Shown here: one piece after another, positions 21,367 through 30,481 of the stretch
Layout of the letters: each line of letters starts with the position of its first letter
Position numbering within the stretch: the first letter of the stretch is position 1
From: an uncultured Alphaproteobacteria bacterium
GTDB lineage: Bacteria > Pseudomonadota > Alphaproteobacteria > Rs-D84 > CASDRH01
Assembly: GCA_963541805.1 (NCBI GenBank)
Contig: CAUTVF010000001.1
Location: forward strand, 1-57,964
DNA: 57,964 nucleotides
Direction of reading: 5' to 3'
Made by a program: the position numbers and the translations under genes
Notes under the pieces: generated by a model
The model's database searches: none
Told to the model about the DNA's origin: nothing
Seen by the model: only the letters and a program-made list of their open reading frames with translations

Positions 21367-21879
21367 ATGATATTGTACGTTAATCGTGATTTAATTTCAG
21401 AGCCATTGAAAAATGCCTGGTTTGGAAAGTATGCAGATGGATTTGAACATAAGGTTGTCATTGACCTTGATTACAATATACCAAAAGTATTAGCAAATCA
21501 AAAACTCAAATGCAATATTATATATGTTTCAGATTCTATATGTGGATATATCGGGATTACTAGATCCAAAAAAATTAAAATCCATGATATCAGGGGTTTA
21601 TTTTTTATAGACGCCGCATCTATATCAAACAAAGGATACGCTGTACTTGTCGATCCGAAGGATAAAAAAGGCATAAAAAGAGTTGAATTATTTCATGATT
21701 ACTCTAGAAATAGTAAAGGATATAGTAAATTTGGTCTTTATAAACCTGGTGCATGTATTGTAACCAATCCAAACAGTAAAAAACATCCACCACAATATTG
21801 GAAACTGACTAAAAAAGGATGGGTATCTCTTGGTAACAAATTACCACAGGAATATAAAGATTTTATACTATGTTATTAA
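21367..21879 (+). CDS. Unrecognised-family protein, paralog B (170 aa)
   Basis: MILYVNRDL..., GLFFID, GYAVLVDPKD, GLYKPGACIVT, YWKLTKKGW. The C-terminal ~80 aa are about half identical to paralog A by eye. Confidence 0.75.
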   Translation: MILYVNRDLISEPLKNAWFGKYADGFEHKVVIDLDYNIPKVLANQKLKCNIIYVSDSICGYIGITRSKKIKIHDIRGLFFIDAASISNKGYAVLVDPKDKKGIKRVELFHDYSRNSKGYSKFGLYKPGACIVTNPNSKKHPPQYWKLTKKGWVSLGNKLPQEYKDFILCY

Positions 21880-21900
21880 TTCATTACTCACTGTAAAAAA

Positions 21901-21928
21901 TACCTTCGAATCCGGAGGTATTTTTTTT
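21901..21928 (+). terminator. Rho-independent terminator of paralog B
   Basis: TACCTTCG-aatc-CGGAGGTA followed by T8. The sequence is related to the paralog A terminator. Confidence 0.7.
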
Positions 21929-21957
21929 ATCCATAAACTTTTTTACTAAAATTTAAT

Positions 21958-21985
21958 TTGACAAAAGTTAATATTTGTTTATATT
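21958..21985 (+). promoter_or_regulatory. Cassette promoter P3 (paralog C)
   Basis: TTGACA, 16 nt (ATATTTGTT), TATATT, then AGGAGG SD. The ATG is 61 nt from the -35. Confidence 0.55.
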
Positions 21986-22018
21986 ATGAAGCATATACAT
22001 ATTTTTAGGAGGTTTTTT

Positions 22019-22642
22019 ATGAAACTATTTGTTAACCGGAATTTAAGTAAAGATGTGGAATGTTGGGAAGGTAAATTTACTCCACACTTGTTTCCCATTT
22101 TAAGGGTATACAATAAGTTGGGAAAAGGAATTAAAGCAAATGAAGCCATAGATTGTGATGTTCATTGCGAAATTCCATTTTATGGGCCGAGCATATCAGA
22201 AATTAGCATCATACCCGAAAATAAAAAAAGGGATGATATAATCGGATTATTTTTGATGAATTCGACCAACCTTTATGGATACAGAATGCTTGCTCGTCCT
22301 GACGATCCTATGGATCTATTAATAAAATATAGAAATTATAGAATATTTTGCGACGGTGTTTCGGGAACTAGCAAGTCTAAGAAATTTATATGCAGCAAAT
22401 ATGGTATATATCGACTTGGAACTTGTATAGTAACCCAAGAAAAAGAATTAAAATATTGGGAGCTAACAGAATCTGGTTGGGAAGCTACTAAAACTAAACC
22501 TCTAAAATATAATGACTATATTTTGATGGATGACGACCTGACTAGTGTAGCTAGGCAATTAAACGGAGAAGTGGTAGAACAGGAAGAGATTCATTCATTT
22601 TTCAATATTTCAGCAGATTTTTTAGTTTCAAATATTAGATAA
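22019..22642 (+). CDS. Unrecognised-family protein, paralog C (207 aa, acidic C-terminal extension)
   Basis: MKLFVNRNL..., GLFLMN, GYRMLARPDD, GIYRLGTCIVT, YWELTESGW. Start set at the ATG at 22019, 6 nt after AGGAGG; the track start at 21986 lies inside the -10 region. Confidence 0.7.
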   Translation: MKLFVNRNLSKDVECWEGKFTPHLFPILRVYNKLGKGIKANEAIDCDVHCEIPFYGPSISEISIIPENKKRDDIIGLFLMNSTNLYGYRMLARPDDPMDLLIKYRNYRIFCDGVSGTSKSKKFICSKYGIYRLGTCIVTQEKELKYWELTESGWEATKTKPLKYNDYILMDDDLTSVARQLNGEVVEQEEIHSFFNISADFLVSNIR

Positions 22643-22674
22643 ATGATAAATTTAACATTATCACATCTGCATGA

Positions 22675-22701
22675 CCTGGCTTTCAAAAGCCAGGTTTTTT
22701 T
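22675..22701. terminator. Hairpin terminator between convergent paralog C and ftsH
   Basis: CCTGGCTT-tcaa-AAGCCAGG followed by T7. Confidence 0.65.
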
Positions 22702-22705
22702 AAGG

Positions 22706-24592
22706 TTAACTTTCTTTTTTAGTTTTTTTCTTAACAGAAATTTTTGAATCCACTTCTGATTTTTTCTTGTCAAAAGTGCCATCAACAATTGCTTGTAATT
22801 CTTCTCCTGTTAATGTCTCAAATTCAATTAAAGCCTCAGCAATTTTTCCTGTTTCAGATTTATACTTCTTAATTATACTCGTTGCCTCTTTAAATCCTTC
22901 ATCAATCATTGATGCAATTTCTGTATCAATTAATTTTGCAGTTTCATCGGATATATTTTTACGCTCACTTGATGTATGATAACCAAGAGAAGCCTCCTCA
23001 AAATATATCGGCCCTAATTTTTTAGAAAAACCCCACTTTGTAACTGCAGAACGTGCCATGTGCGTTGCATATTCTATATCACTTGATGCTCCAGATGTAA
23101 TTTTATCATTTCCAAAAAATATACCTTCTGAAACACGGCCACCAAATGCAATTACAATATTTGCCTTCAATTCAGAAATAGACAATGACACTTTATCATG
23201 CAAAGGCAAACGTTGGACCATTCCCAAAGCATCCCCACGTGGAATTATTGTTGCTTTATGAATTGGATCACTATGCTTCATTTTCAATGCACAAATTGCA
23301 TGTCCCGCTTCATGATATGCCGTCAATTTAATTTCTTCTGGACGCATTGTCATTGATCTGCGCTCTGCTCCCATCATTATTTTATCACGTGTGTCTTCTA
23401 AATCTTCTTGTGTAACTCCAATATGATTACGGCGCGCTGCAAGAAGCGCGCTCTCATTGATTAAATTTGATAACTCCGCACCAGAAAATCCAGGTGTACC
23501 GCGAGCAATACTATCTAATCTGACCCCATCAGCAATTTTGATATTTTTAGCATGGATATTTAAAATTTCCTCTCTACCTTTTAAATCAGGAAGAGGAACA
23601 TAAATTTGACGATCAAAGCGTCCAGGACGAAGTAATGCATCATCCAATACATCTGCTCTATTTGTTGCAGCAATGATTATTACACCATCATTTTCATCAA
23701 ATCCATCCATTTCAACAAGTAACTGATTCAATGTCTGTTCTCGCTCATCATTACCACCACCATATCCAACCCCTCTGTGACGTCCAACAGCATCTATTTC
23801 ATCAATAAAAATAATACATGGAGCAGAATGTTTCCCTTGATCGAATAAAGCACGAACACGAGACGCCCCAACACCAACAAACATCTCAACAAAATCAGAT
23901 CCGGATATTGTGAAAAATGGAACATTTGCTTCCCCCGCAATTGCACGTGCAAGCAAAGTTTTTCCAGTACCAGGGGGCCCAATTAACAAAACACCTTTTG
24001 GAATACGTGCACCAATCTTTGTAAATTTTTTTGGAGTTTTAAGGAAATCTATTATCTCTTCTAAATCTGCTTTTGCTTCATTGATACCCGCGACATTTTT
24101 AAATGTAACTTTTTTATCATTTCCTGCCAATTTCAAGCGCAATCTCATTATACCGCCAAATCTATCACCTCTCATAGAGCGAAGCATTGTAAATAACATA
24201 ATTCCGATAAAAACAATCCAAAGCAAATTAGTAATGCTATTAAAAGTAAATTCAGACGGATTTTTAATTTCAACTTTCACTTTACTAGTATCAAGTGTTT
24301 GAAAAAACACAGTATTCAAAGACACCGTTGATTTAAATTTTTTACCACTTTTCAACTCACCTTTAATATTGTTTTCTTTTATCACTATACTTTTTATTTT
24401 TCCATTCTTTGCATATGCCAGAACATCCGAATAAGCCAATTCTTTTATAGGTTCAGACTTTAACTTTCTATTCTTAAAAGTTTCGTACAAACTGGAGCTC
24501 CCCAATAACAGAGACACAGTTAAAACAAACAACAACCATTTTGGCAATTTCGGATTATTAAAAACCTTATTAAACTGTGATTTATTTTTCAT
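22706..24592 (-). CDS. ftsH: ATP-dependent zinc metalloprotease FtsH
   Basis: [26 protein letters not shown] and HEAGHA zinc motif; two N-terminal TM helices. Confidence 0.98.
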   Translation of the reverse strand: MKNKSQFNKVFNNPKLPKWLLFVLTVSLLLGSSSLYETFKNRKLKSEPIKELAYSDVLAYAKNGKIKSIVIKENNIKGELKSGKKFKSTVSLNTVFFQTLDTSKVKVEIKNPSEFTFNSITNLLWIVFIGIMLFTMLRSMRGDRFGGIMRLRLKLAGNDKKVTFKNVAGINEAKADLEEIIDFLKTPKKFTKIGARIPKGVLLIGPPGTGKTLLARAIAGEANVPFFTISGSDFVEMFVGVGASRVRALFDQGKHSAPCIIFIDEIDAVGRHRGVGYGGGNDEREQTLNQLLVEMDGFDENDGVIIIAATNRADVLDDALLRPGRFDRQIYVPLPDLKGREEILNIHAKNIKIADGVRLDSIARGTPGFSGAELSNLINESALLAARRNHIGVTQEDLEDTRDKIMMGAERRSMTMRPEEIKLTAYHEAGHAICALKMKHSDPIHKATIIPRGDALGMVQRLPLHDKVSLSISELKANIVIAFGGRVSEGIFFGNDKITSGASSDIEYATHMARSAVTKWGFSKKLGPIYFEEASLGYHTSSERKNISDETAKLIDTEIASMIDEGFKEATSIIKKYKSETGKIAEALIEFETLTGEELQAIVDGTFDKKKSEVDSKISVKKKTKKES

Positions 24593-24609
24593 CTACCACC
24601 TTATTCCCA

Positions 24610-25608
24610 TTAAACTTTTGCAATTTGTAAAACACTTTTACCATTAATATTTATTAATTTCAATTTATTACCGGCCGCCATTTTAACATTAAATATTTTT
24701 GTTTTTAAAGATATTTTTAAATTATATATTATATTTCGAAGTATATCAGATCGAATATGACTATGTTCGGCATCTGAAAACCAACACATATATTTTTCAA
24801 GTACTCTGTAAATTATTTCGTCAGGTGCAGATAATAGAACATTTAAATCAATTTCAATAATTTTTAATTTATCAAATTTGTTAATTAAACATTTTCCTAA
24901 CATTATATGAACTGATGAATTAATTGCCTCACGCGCTGTTTTCATATTTTCAATAGTTTTACAAATTCTGTCATCATTTAAACCCAAAGACAAAAAAGTA
25001 TCATGCAATTTTCTGACACGCACACGCAAATATTTATCATCTTGATTACTTGGATCTTCTACCCAAGTTTGATTATATTGTTTGCATATATTTTTTAAAT
25101 CATCTTTTGAATGATTAAGTAATGGGCGAAAGAATGTTACACCATCCTTTTTAATAGTTTCAGGAATTCCACATAATCCATAAACACCACTTCCACGGAT
25201 TAAATTTAATAAAAATGTTTCTATCTGTTCATTTTTATTATGCCCCATTGCAACAAAATTTATTTTATTAGTTTTACAAAAATTTATGATTAAATCATAG
25301 CGATAATTACGAGCTATTTCTTCAATATTAGACTTTGGAATAATACCTTTATAAGTTAAAATTTTACAATCGATACCCAGATTATCCATTTTATTTTTTA
25401 CTTCATTTGCCTCAATTGTAGACTCTGATCGTAATTTATGATCCACAATTAAAGCTGTTAAATTTATAGAACGCTTTTTGCACCATTCATTCATTAATAA
25501 AGTCAAAGCCATACTATCACAACCACCAGATAAAGCAGTCGCAACTTTATCCGGATAAATAAATTTACCAATCAAAGGATCTATAAAAAAACTATCTATA
25601 AATTCCAT
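24610..25608 (-). CDS. tilS: tRNA(Ile)-lysidine synthase (short form)
   Basis: PP-loop ALSGGCDSMAL, immediately upstream of ftsH as is typical in alphaproteobacteria. Confidence 0.88.
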   Translation of the reverse strand: MEFIDSFFIDPLIGKFIYPDKVATALSGGCDSMALTLLMNEWCKKRSINLTALIVDHKLRSESTIEANEVKNKMDNLGIDCKILTYKGIIPKSNIEEIARNYRYDLIINFCKTNKINFVAMGHNKNEQIETFLLNLIRGSGVYGLCGIPETIKKDGVTFFRPLLNHSKDDLKNICKQYNQTWVEDPSNQDDKYLRVRVRKLHDTFLSLGLNDDRICKTIENMKTAREAINSSVHIMLGKCLINKFDKLKIIEIDLNVLLSAPDEIIYRVLEKYMCWFSDAEHSHIRSDILRNIIYNLKISLKTKIFNVKMAAGNKLKLININGKSVLQIAKV

Positions 25609-25691
25609 GTTTACAAAAATTACAGAATAAAAATAAAACTCTACAAGACATCCTGTAAAGTTTTATTAAATATAATAATTACAACATTTAA

Positions 25692-26639
25692 CTAACGTGC
25701 ATAAATACTAACTTGAGGATTCGAACTTGTTGTTACGTATGACTTAATAGAAATTCTTGAAGCAGGCATTTTCATTTCATTTAAAGTCGCCATAACTTTC
25801 TCTATATTCTTTTTTGCGATATCACTATTTGACGCAACAGACACGATTTGAAAAGATACAGATGAATCACGCTCCAAAGCTCTTGATAATGCATGATACA
25901 AAGGTTCCCCATAATCAGACTGCTTTGACATATCAATATCAATCAAAGAGCGAGAACCTGTTAACTTTTGATCCATAACATGCGAATAACTTTGCCCAGA
26001 TTTACGCATATATACCTCTTGCTTCATATTGTTACCTGAATTAACAACACGTCCCTCTTTTATACTCAAAGCTAAATCATTTAAATTCTCTTTCTCAATC
26101 AAAATAGAATGCATATTATTATCCACTTCATCGTCAACCCTTTTTATCAATGACAAAACATCACTTTTTACAAAAGCAGCATCAGACGATATTTTATTTA
26201 ATTCAGATTGCTCACTTTTTGTTTTGCCAGGGATTTTATCCATCCCTTTAACAGAACTATCAATATACTCTAAAATCTTTACATCTTTTTCATATTCTGC
26301 TATCAACATTTTCATATCGAAAGCAACATCATTATTCCTATCTAATTGCATTCTGGCAGTTTTCCATTGATCAACCAAATGTTTGTCTGCTGGAGCAGCA
26401 CCCATAGACAATGACAACTGAATTTTATTAACCGTATCTTTATAAGCAGTATTCGACTTTATAATATCATCACGCATTTCATTTAATGTCTGTTTACGTA
26501 CATCTTGTACTTTTCTGGCAGTCGACATTTCACCCCTTAAAGATTTAATTCTATCATCGACATACGAATTAGAATTCTCAGAAGCGCAAGCCCCAACGAA
26601 AAATGATATAACCAATGCAGACAAATACCCAACTTTCAT
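25692..26639 (-). CDS. Hypothetical lipoprotein with a long predicted coiled-coil region
   Basis: MKVGYLSALVISFFVGAC lipobox. Start placed at the ATG at 26637-26639. It occupies the slot upstream of tilS-ftsH where cpoB/ybgF usually lies, but no TPR repeats are visible. Confidence 0.5.
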   Translation of the reverse strand: MKVGYLSALVISFFVGACASENSNSYVDDRIKSLRGEMSTARKVQDVRKQTLNEMRDDIIKSNTAYKDTVNKIQLSLSMGAAPADKHLVDQWKTARMQLDRNNDVAFDMKMLIAEYEKDVKILEYIDSSVKGMDKIPGKTKSEQSELNKISSDAAFVKSDVLSLIKRVDDEVDNNMHSILIEKENLNDLALSIKEGRVVNSGNNMKQEVYMRKSGQSYSHVMDQKLTGSRSLIDIDMSKQSDYGEPLYHALSRALERDSSVSFQIVSVASNSDIAKKNIEKVMATLNEMKMPASRISIKSYVTTSSNPQVSIYAR

Positions 26640-26795
26640 AATAACCTCTATCAGTTTTTCAAATTTATTAACAGTACATAAATACAATACCTAACAGGCA
26701 ATCCTGATTGCAAGATCCTAAACTGTCGCAATACAAAAAGCAAATACTTTTAAGTGTTTTTTACCCATAATACTCATTATTTTAAATAAAATTCA

Positions 26796-26823
26796 TTGCA
26801 ATGTAGCATTTTTTATATATCAT
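26796..26823 (+). promoter_or_regulatory. Candidate promoter for tRNA-Cys and infC
   Basis: TTGCAA (26796-26801), 16 nt, then TATCAT (26818-26823). The predicted TSS falls a few nt before the tRNA 5' end. Confidence 0.45.
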
Positions 26824-26832
26824 ACGCAAGCG

Positions 26833-26906
26833 GGCTGGTTGGCAGAGTGGTCATGCAGCGGTTTGCAAAACCGTGTACATCGGTTCAATCCCGGTACCAG
26901 CCTCCA
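26833..26906 (+). tRNA. tRNA-Cys (anticodon GCA)
   Basis: Acceptor GGCTGGT/ACCAGCC, anticodon arm GCGGT-TTGCAAA-ACCGT, discriminator U (typical of tRNA-Cys) and an encoded CCA. Confidence 0.88.
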
Positions 26907-26936
26907 GTTTAATTTTAATTAGGAGTAAATATCATA

Positions 26937-27536
26937 GTGTACACCTCTTCTTTTCGAAAAACTAACTTTTCAAAAAACAACTCACCAGATAGATTTAAAA
27001 GAAATAATCAAACAAATGCTGTATCCGGTCCAAGATTAAGCAACAACATAAATTCATCAACCGTTAGATTAATTGATGAAAATGATATTAATGTTGGAAT
27101 TGTTTCACTGGAAAGTGCAATTGAAAAAGCAAATGAAGCAGGTTTAGATTTAATCGAGATTGCATCAAATACCACACCTCCTGTTGTTAAAATTATGGAT
27201 TTAGGAAAGTGGAAATATGAAGAATCTAAAAAGAAAGCCGCAATAAAAAAGAAGCAAAAAATAATTGAACTAAAGGAATTAAAATTTTCTTCAAATATAG
27301 AAGAAAATGATTATCAGGTGAAATTACGTAATGGTAAAAAATTTATTGCAGAGGGAAATAAAGTAAAAATCAATCTCCGCTTTAGAGGACGCGAAATGGC
27401 AAATAAAGAAATGGCAAAAAAACTGTTCGATCGCTTAATTGTTGATTTTTCAGATGTTGCTAAAGTATTTGTTGAACCAAAATTGGAAGGAAGACAGATG
27501 ACAATGCAACTTGCTCCTAACACAGACAAAAAATAA
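26937..27536 (+). CDS. infC: Translation initiation factor IF-3 (non-AUG start)
   Basis: VRLIDENDINVGIVSLESAIEKANEAGLDLIEIA...PPVVKIMDLGKWKYE. The only in-frame starts after the TAA at 26916 are ATC 26931, ATA 26934 and GTG 26937, downstream of AGGAG at 26921. Confidence 0.9.
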   Translation: MYTSSFRKTNFSKNNSPDRFKRNNQTNAVSGPRLSNNINSSTVRLIDENDINVGIVSLESAIEKANEAGLDLIEIASNTTPPVVKIMDLGKWKYEESKKKAAIKKKQKIIELKELKFSSNIEENDYQVKLRNGKKFIAEGNKVKINLRFRGREMANKEMAKKLFDRLIVDFSDVAKVFVEPKLEGRQMTMQLAPNTDKK

Positions 27537-27592
27537 AATACGATTTATTTGCGTCAAATAATCTTGAGATAGATATTTCGTTTTGATCATAT

Positions 27593-28231
27593 TCACAGTT
27601 TTTGATTACGGTTAGATCTATTTTTTTCTGAAAACACACAACCACAATATTTTTGGTTATACAATTTGTCGCTACAAATTATTTGTCTGCGCAGTTTGTA
27701 GTTGTCATTTGCTTGCCAATCGTAATACCAATATTTCACATCACTATATTTTTTCTCTAATAACCGTGCAGCATTTCTAACTTGATCAAAATTTTTATAA
27801 ATTGAAACTGCAAGAGTTGACGACACAATTTTAAAATTATTTTTTGATGCAAAATTAAATAATTTATCTAATCTGAAAGAAAAACATTTTTGACAACGCT
27901 CTGACATTTCAGGTAAATTTTCCAAACCTTTTGCAACATTATTCAACCATTTTTGGTTTTCTGTTTTATAATCTATAATGTCATCTAAATCTTCATATTT
28001 AATACCATACTTTTGACAATAATTTGTGACTGTTTCTTTTCTCATCTGATATTCTAAAAATGGCATTATATTAGGATTATAAAATAATACTGTGACATCA
28101 ATATCATTCTCCTTAAGTTCTTGTAGTAATAAACATGAACACGGAGCACAACACACAAGCAGTAATAATTTATTGTCAATATTTATTTTATCAAAAGATT
28201 CCTTTATTTTTCTGTTACTTTCTGTTGTCAT
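27593..28231 (-). CDS. queH: Epoxyqueuosine reductase QueH (DUF208 family)
   Basis: LLLLVCCAPCS N-terminal cysteine motif and C-terminal YNQKYCGCVFS motif. Confidence 0.72.
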   Translation of the reverse strand: MTTESNRKIKESFDKINIDNKLLLLVCCAPCSCLLLQELKENDIDVTVLFYNPNIMPFLEYQMRKETVTNYCQKYGIKYEDLDDIIDYKTENQKWLNNVAKGLENLPEMSERCQKCFSFRLDKLFNFASKNNFKIVSSTLAVSIYKNFDQVRNAARLLEKKYSDVKYWYYDWQANDNYKLRRQIICSDKLYNQKYCGCVFSEKNRSNRNQKL

Positions 28232-28311
28232 TTTGTTTTATTTTGATTTTTATACATATTTATGATAGCTTGAGAACGGTTTTTATTATCTGATAATTTA
28301 GGTAAATTTCA

Positions 28312-29472
28312 ATGAAAAATACTTTTTATATTTTTATTGCAAACATTTTTATTTTTTACAGCAGTGCACAAGCACAAAATAAGTTTACAAATAATTATAA
28401 CAGTCGTACACGAATCAATATATCTGGATATGGAACACTATCTACAAATTATTCTAAACAGTATTTAAAACATAGAAATATTAACAAAGCACAAACACTA
28501 GTCGATGGAGGATTAAATTTTAACATTGGATATGCTCTATTTCATGATATGACAATAGGATTTAATATATTAGCAGATACAAAATATAATAAATATTATT
28601 GGCAATATGACGCAGGAACTATGCAAGAATTATATTCATACATTCAAAATGAATATGGACGATTAGAATTTGGAAAATTACGTGATATTGCAGGAAAAAT
28701 GAATGTATCTGCACCTGATGTTGGATTATTCGGAACAAATGACAGTTATATTTATAATACACTATTAATTCCACATTCAACAGGTGGAAAAAAATTTTTT
28801 ATCAATTCATCAACAAATATTTCTTTTTTGCAAAAACGTGAACGTATATCGATAATTACTTCAAATAAAAACAAATTAAGGATTGGAGGTACTTATACTT
28901 TTGGGGAAAAGCAACATATACCAAATAATGCTGGAAAATTAATACAGTTACAAGTAAATGAATCAATATCAGTTGCCACAAAATTATCAACAAATTTCAT
29001 GGGAAACAATAATATCTCATTATCATTGGGATATTCAAAATATGATAATCTTTTTATAAAAGATTTTGCAATTGCACAAAATCGGCACGAATTATCATCA
29101 GGTATTAATATTTTTTTTAAAGGCATTACATTCGGAGCATCTGTTTTAAAGATTAATGAAACCCCATTTGATAATTTAATAATTGCAAATACTTTCAAAT
29201 ATAGTTATGCCGGATGGGCATATAATGCAGGTTTTGCTTTTGAAATTGGCCCTTGGGCAACATCTTTATCATATCATGGTAGCATTGCAGAGGGATCACT
29301 TATAAATCCCAACAATGATAAATCACATATGACAATATTTTCTATGCGTAGGAATTTAAAGAAAAACTTATCATTTTACACATCATTTGCAGGTTTAATT
29401 TTAAAAAATGAAAATAAAATTAAAGATAATAAAGGCATCAGTATAACAATCGGCACAATATTTAAATATTAA
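28312..29472 (+). CDS. Porin-like outer-membrane beta-barrel protein
   Basis: Signal peptide ending SSAQAQ, many alternating Tyr/Gly/Asn strands and an aromatic C-terminus (TIGTIFKY). Confidence 0.45.
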   Translation: MKNTFYIFIANIFIFYSSAQAQNKFTNNYNSRTRINISGYGTLSTNYSKQYLKHRNINKAQTLVDGGLNFNIGYALFHDMTIGFNILADTKYNKYYWQYDAGTMQELYSYIQNEYGRLEFGKLRDIAGKMNVSAPDVGLFGTNDSYIYNTLLIPHSTGGKKFFINSSTNISFLQKRERISIITSNKNKLRIGGTYTFGEKQHIPNNAGKLIQLQVNESISVATKLSTNFMGNNNISLSLGYSKYDNLFIKDFAIAQNRHELSSGINIFFKGITFGASVLKINETPFDNLIIANTFKYSYAGWAYNAGFAFEIGPWATSLSYHGSIAEGSLINPNNDKSHMTIFSMRRNLKKNLSFYTSFAGLILKNENKIKDNKGISITIGTIFKY

Positions 29473-30440
29473 ATATTTTCTTCCATCGAAAAATTAAGTG
29501 GATTTTGAATCGACTCGCCAGAGTAATGTTTTTCAGTATTTTCGTTTATTGACAATTGATTATATCCATTTTCTTTTTCATCAGATAAAAACTGTCCAAT
29601 AATATGATCTCTATTTTGAGATCTCCTATTGTGTTTTTGCATTAACTGATAATATTTATTTTGTAAAAAATAATTTCTAAACGTGGTGTATGGATCCAGA
29701 CTAGCTTTTTCCATTTCAACAAGTAGACTATACCTATCAGCAACAACTGTAAAACCATAAATAAAAGATTTAGACATTATAACAATAAATCTTGTTTTAC
29801 GATTTGGAATAATAGATGGTAACACAAACCAAGTGAAAGGATCTGCAAAAATATCAATTACATCTCCTGTAAATGATCGAATTGTTCCACCTCCTAATAA
29901 AGGCATCATCACAAAATTACCCTCGCCTACACCCCATGATTCCAGTGTATCATCCATCGATGTAATCTGCCGTGGAATTCCAATCATATCAGATACATCC
30001 AATAGTCCCAATACTCCAATTGTTGAATTAATCACAAATCTTGTAACTGAAATTCCAAAATCAATTGGATTAGCTTGTAATACATGATTAACCGCATAAT
30101 TTAATTCTCTTGTATTTAAAACAAAATTCACAATTGCATCATTTACTGTCCTTGGAACATTATTTTTATAAAAAATAATTATGGGGCTCAAACCTTCTTG
30201 AATAAAAGCAGATGTAAATTTATACACATGCCTATTATATGATGTACTAATATCATTTATTTTAAGCATACTTAAACTGCCATCCAAATCTGCTTTAGAT
30301 TCAGTATATTTTTCATCCTCTTCTACATTTTCCATGGAAAAATTTAAGGCATCATCTTTTGCAAAACACAAATTTGTAATTAAGAAACAAAGAAAAAACA
30401 GTGATGAACATTTTAATATTTTCATATAACCTACAATCAT
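29469..30440 (-). CDS. mlaA: MlaA/VacJ-family outer-membrane lipid asymmetry lipoprotein
   Basis: YNRHVYKFT..., VNFVLNTRELNYAVNHVLQANP, FVINSTIGVLGLLDV, WGVGEGNFVMMPLLG. The start may be the internal MKILKC (30425). The stop overlaps the convergent porin stop. Confidence 0.72.
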   Translation of the reverse strand: MIVGYMKILKCSSLFFLCFLITNLCFAKDDALNFSMENVEEDEKYTESKADLDGSLSMLKINDISTSYNRHVYKFTSAFIQEGLSPIIIFYKNNVPRTVNDAIVNFVLNTRELNYAVNHVLQANPIDFGISVTRFVINSTIGVLGLLDVSDMIGIPRQITSMDDTLESWGVGEGNFVMMPLLGGGTIRSFTGDVIDIFADPFTWFVLPSIIPNRKTRFIVIMSKSFIYGFTVVADRYSLLVEMEKASLDPYTTFRNYFLQNKYYQLMQKHNRRSQNRDHIIGQFLSDEKENGYNQLSINENTEKHYSGESIQNPLNFSMEENI

Positions 30441-30481
30441 AACTTGTTGTAAAATATGCAGGCAGAATATATAATAACCAT

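Noticed and set aside
21986-22018. An upstream ATG extends paralog C by 11 codons (MKHIHIFRRFF).
   Set aside because: This ATG sits immediately after the predicted -10 element, upstream of the AGGAGG SD. The ATG at 22019 restores the conserved M-x-L-(Y/F)-VN N-terminus shared with paralogs A and B.
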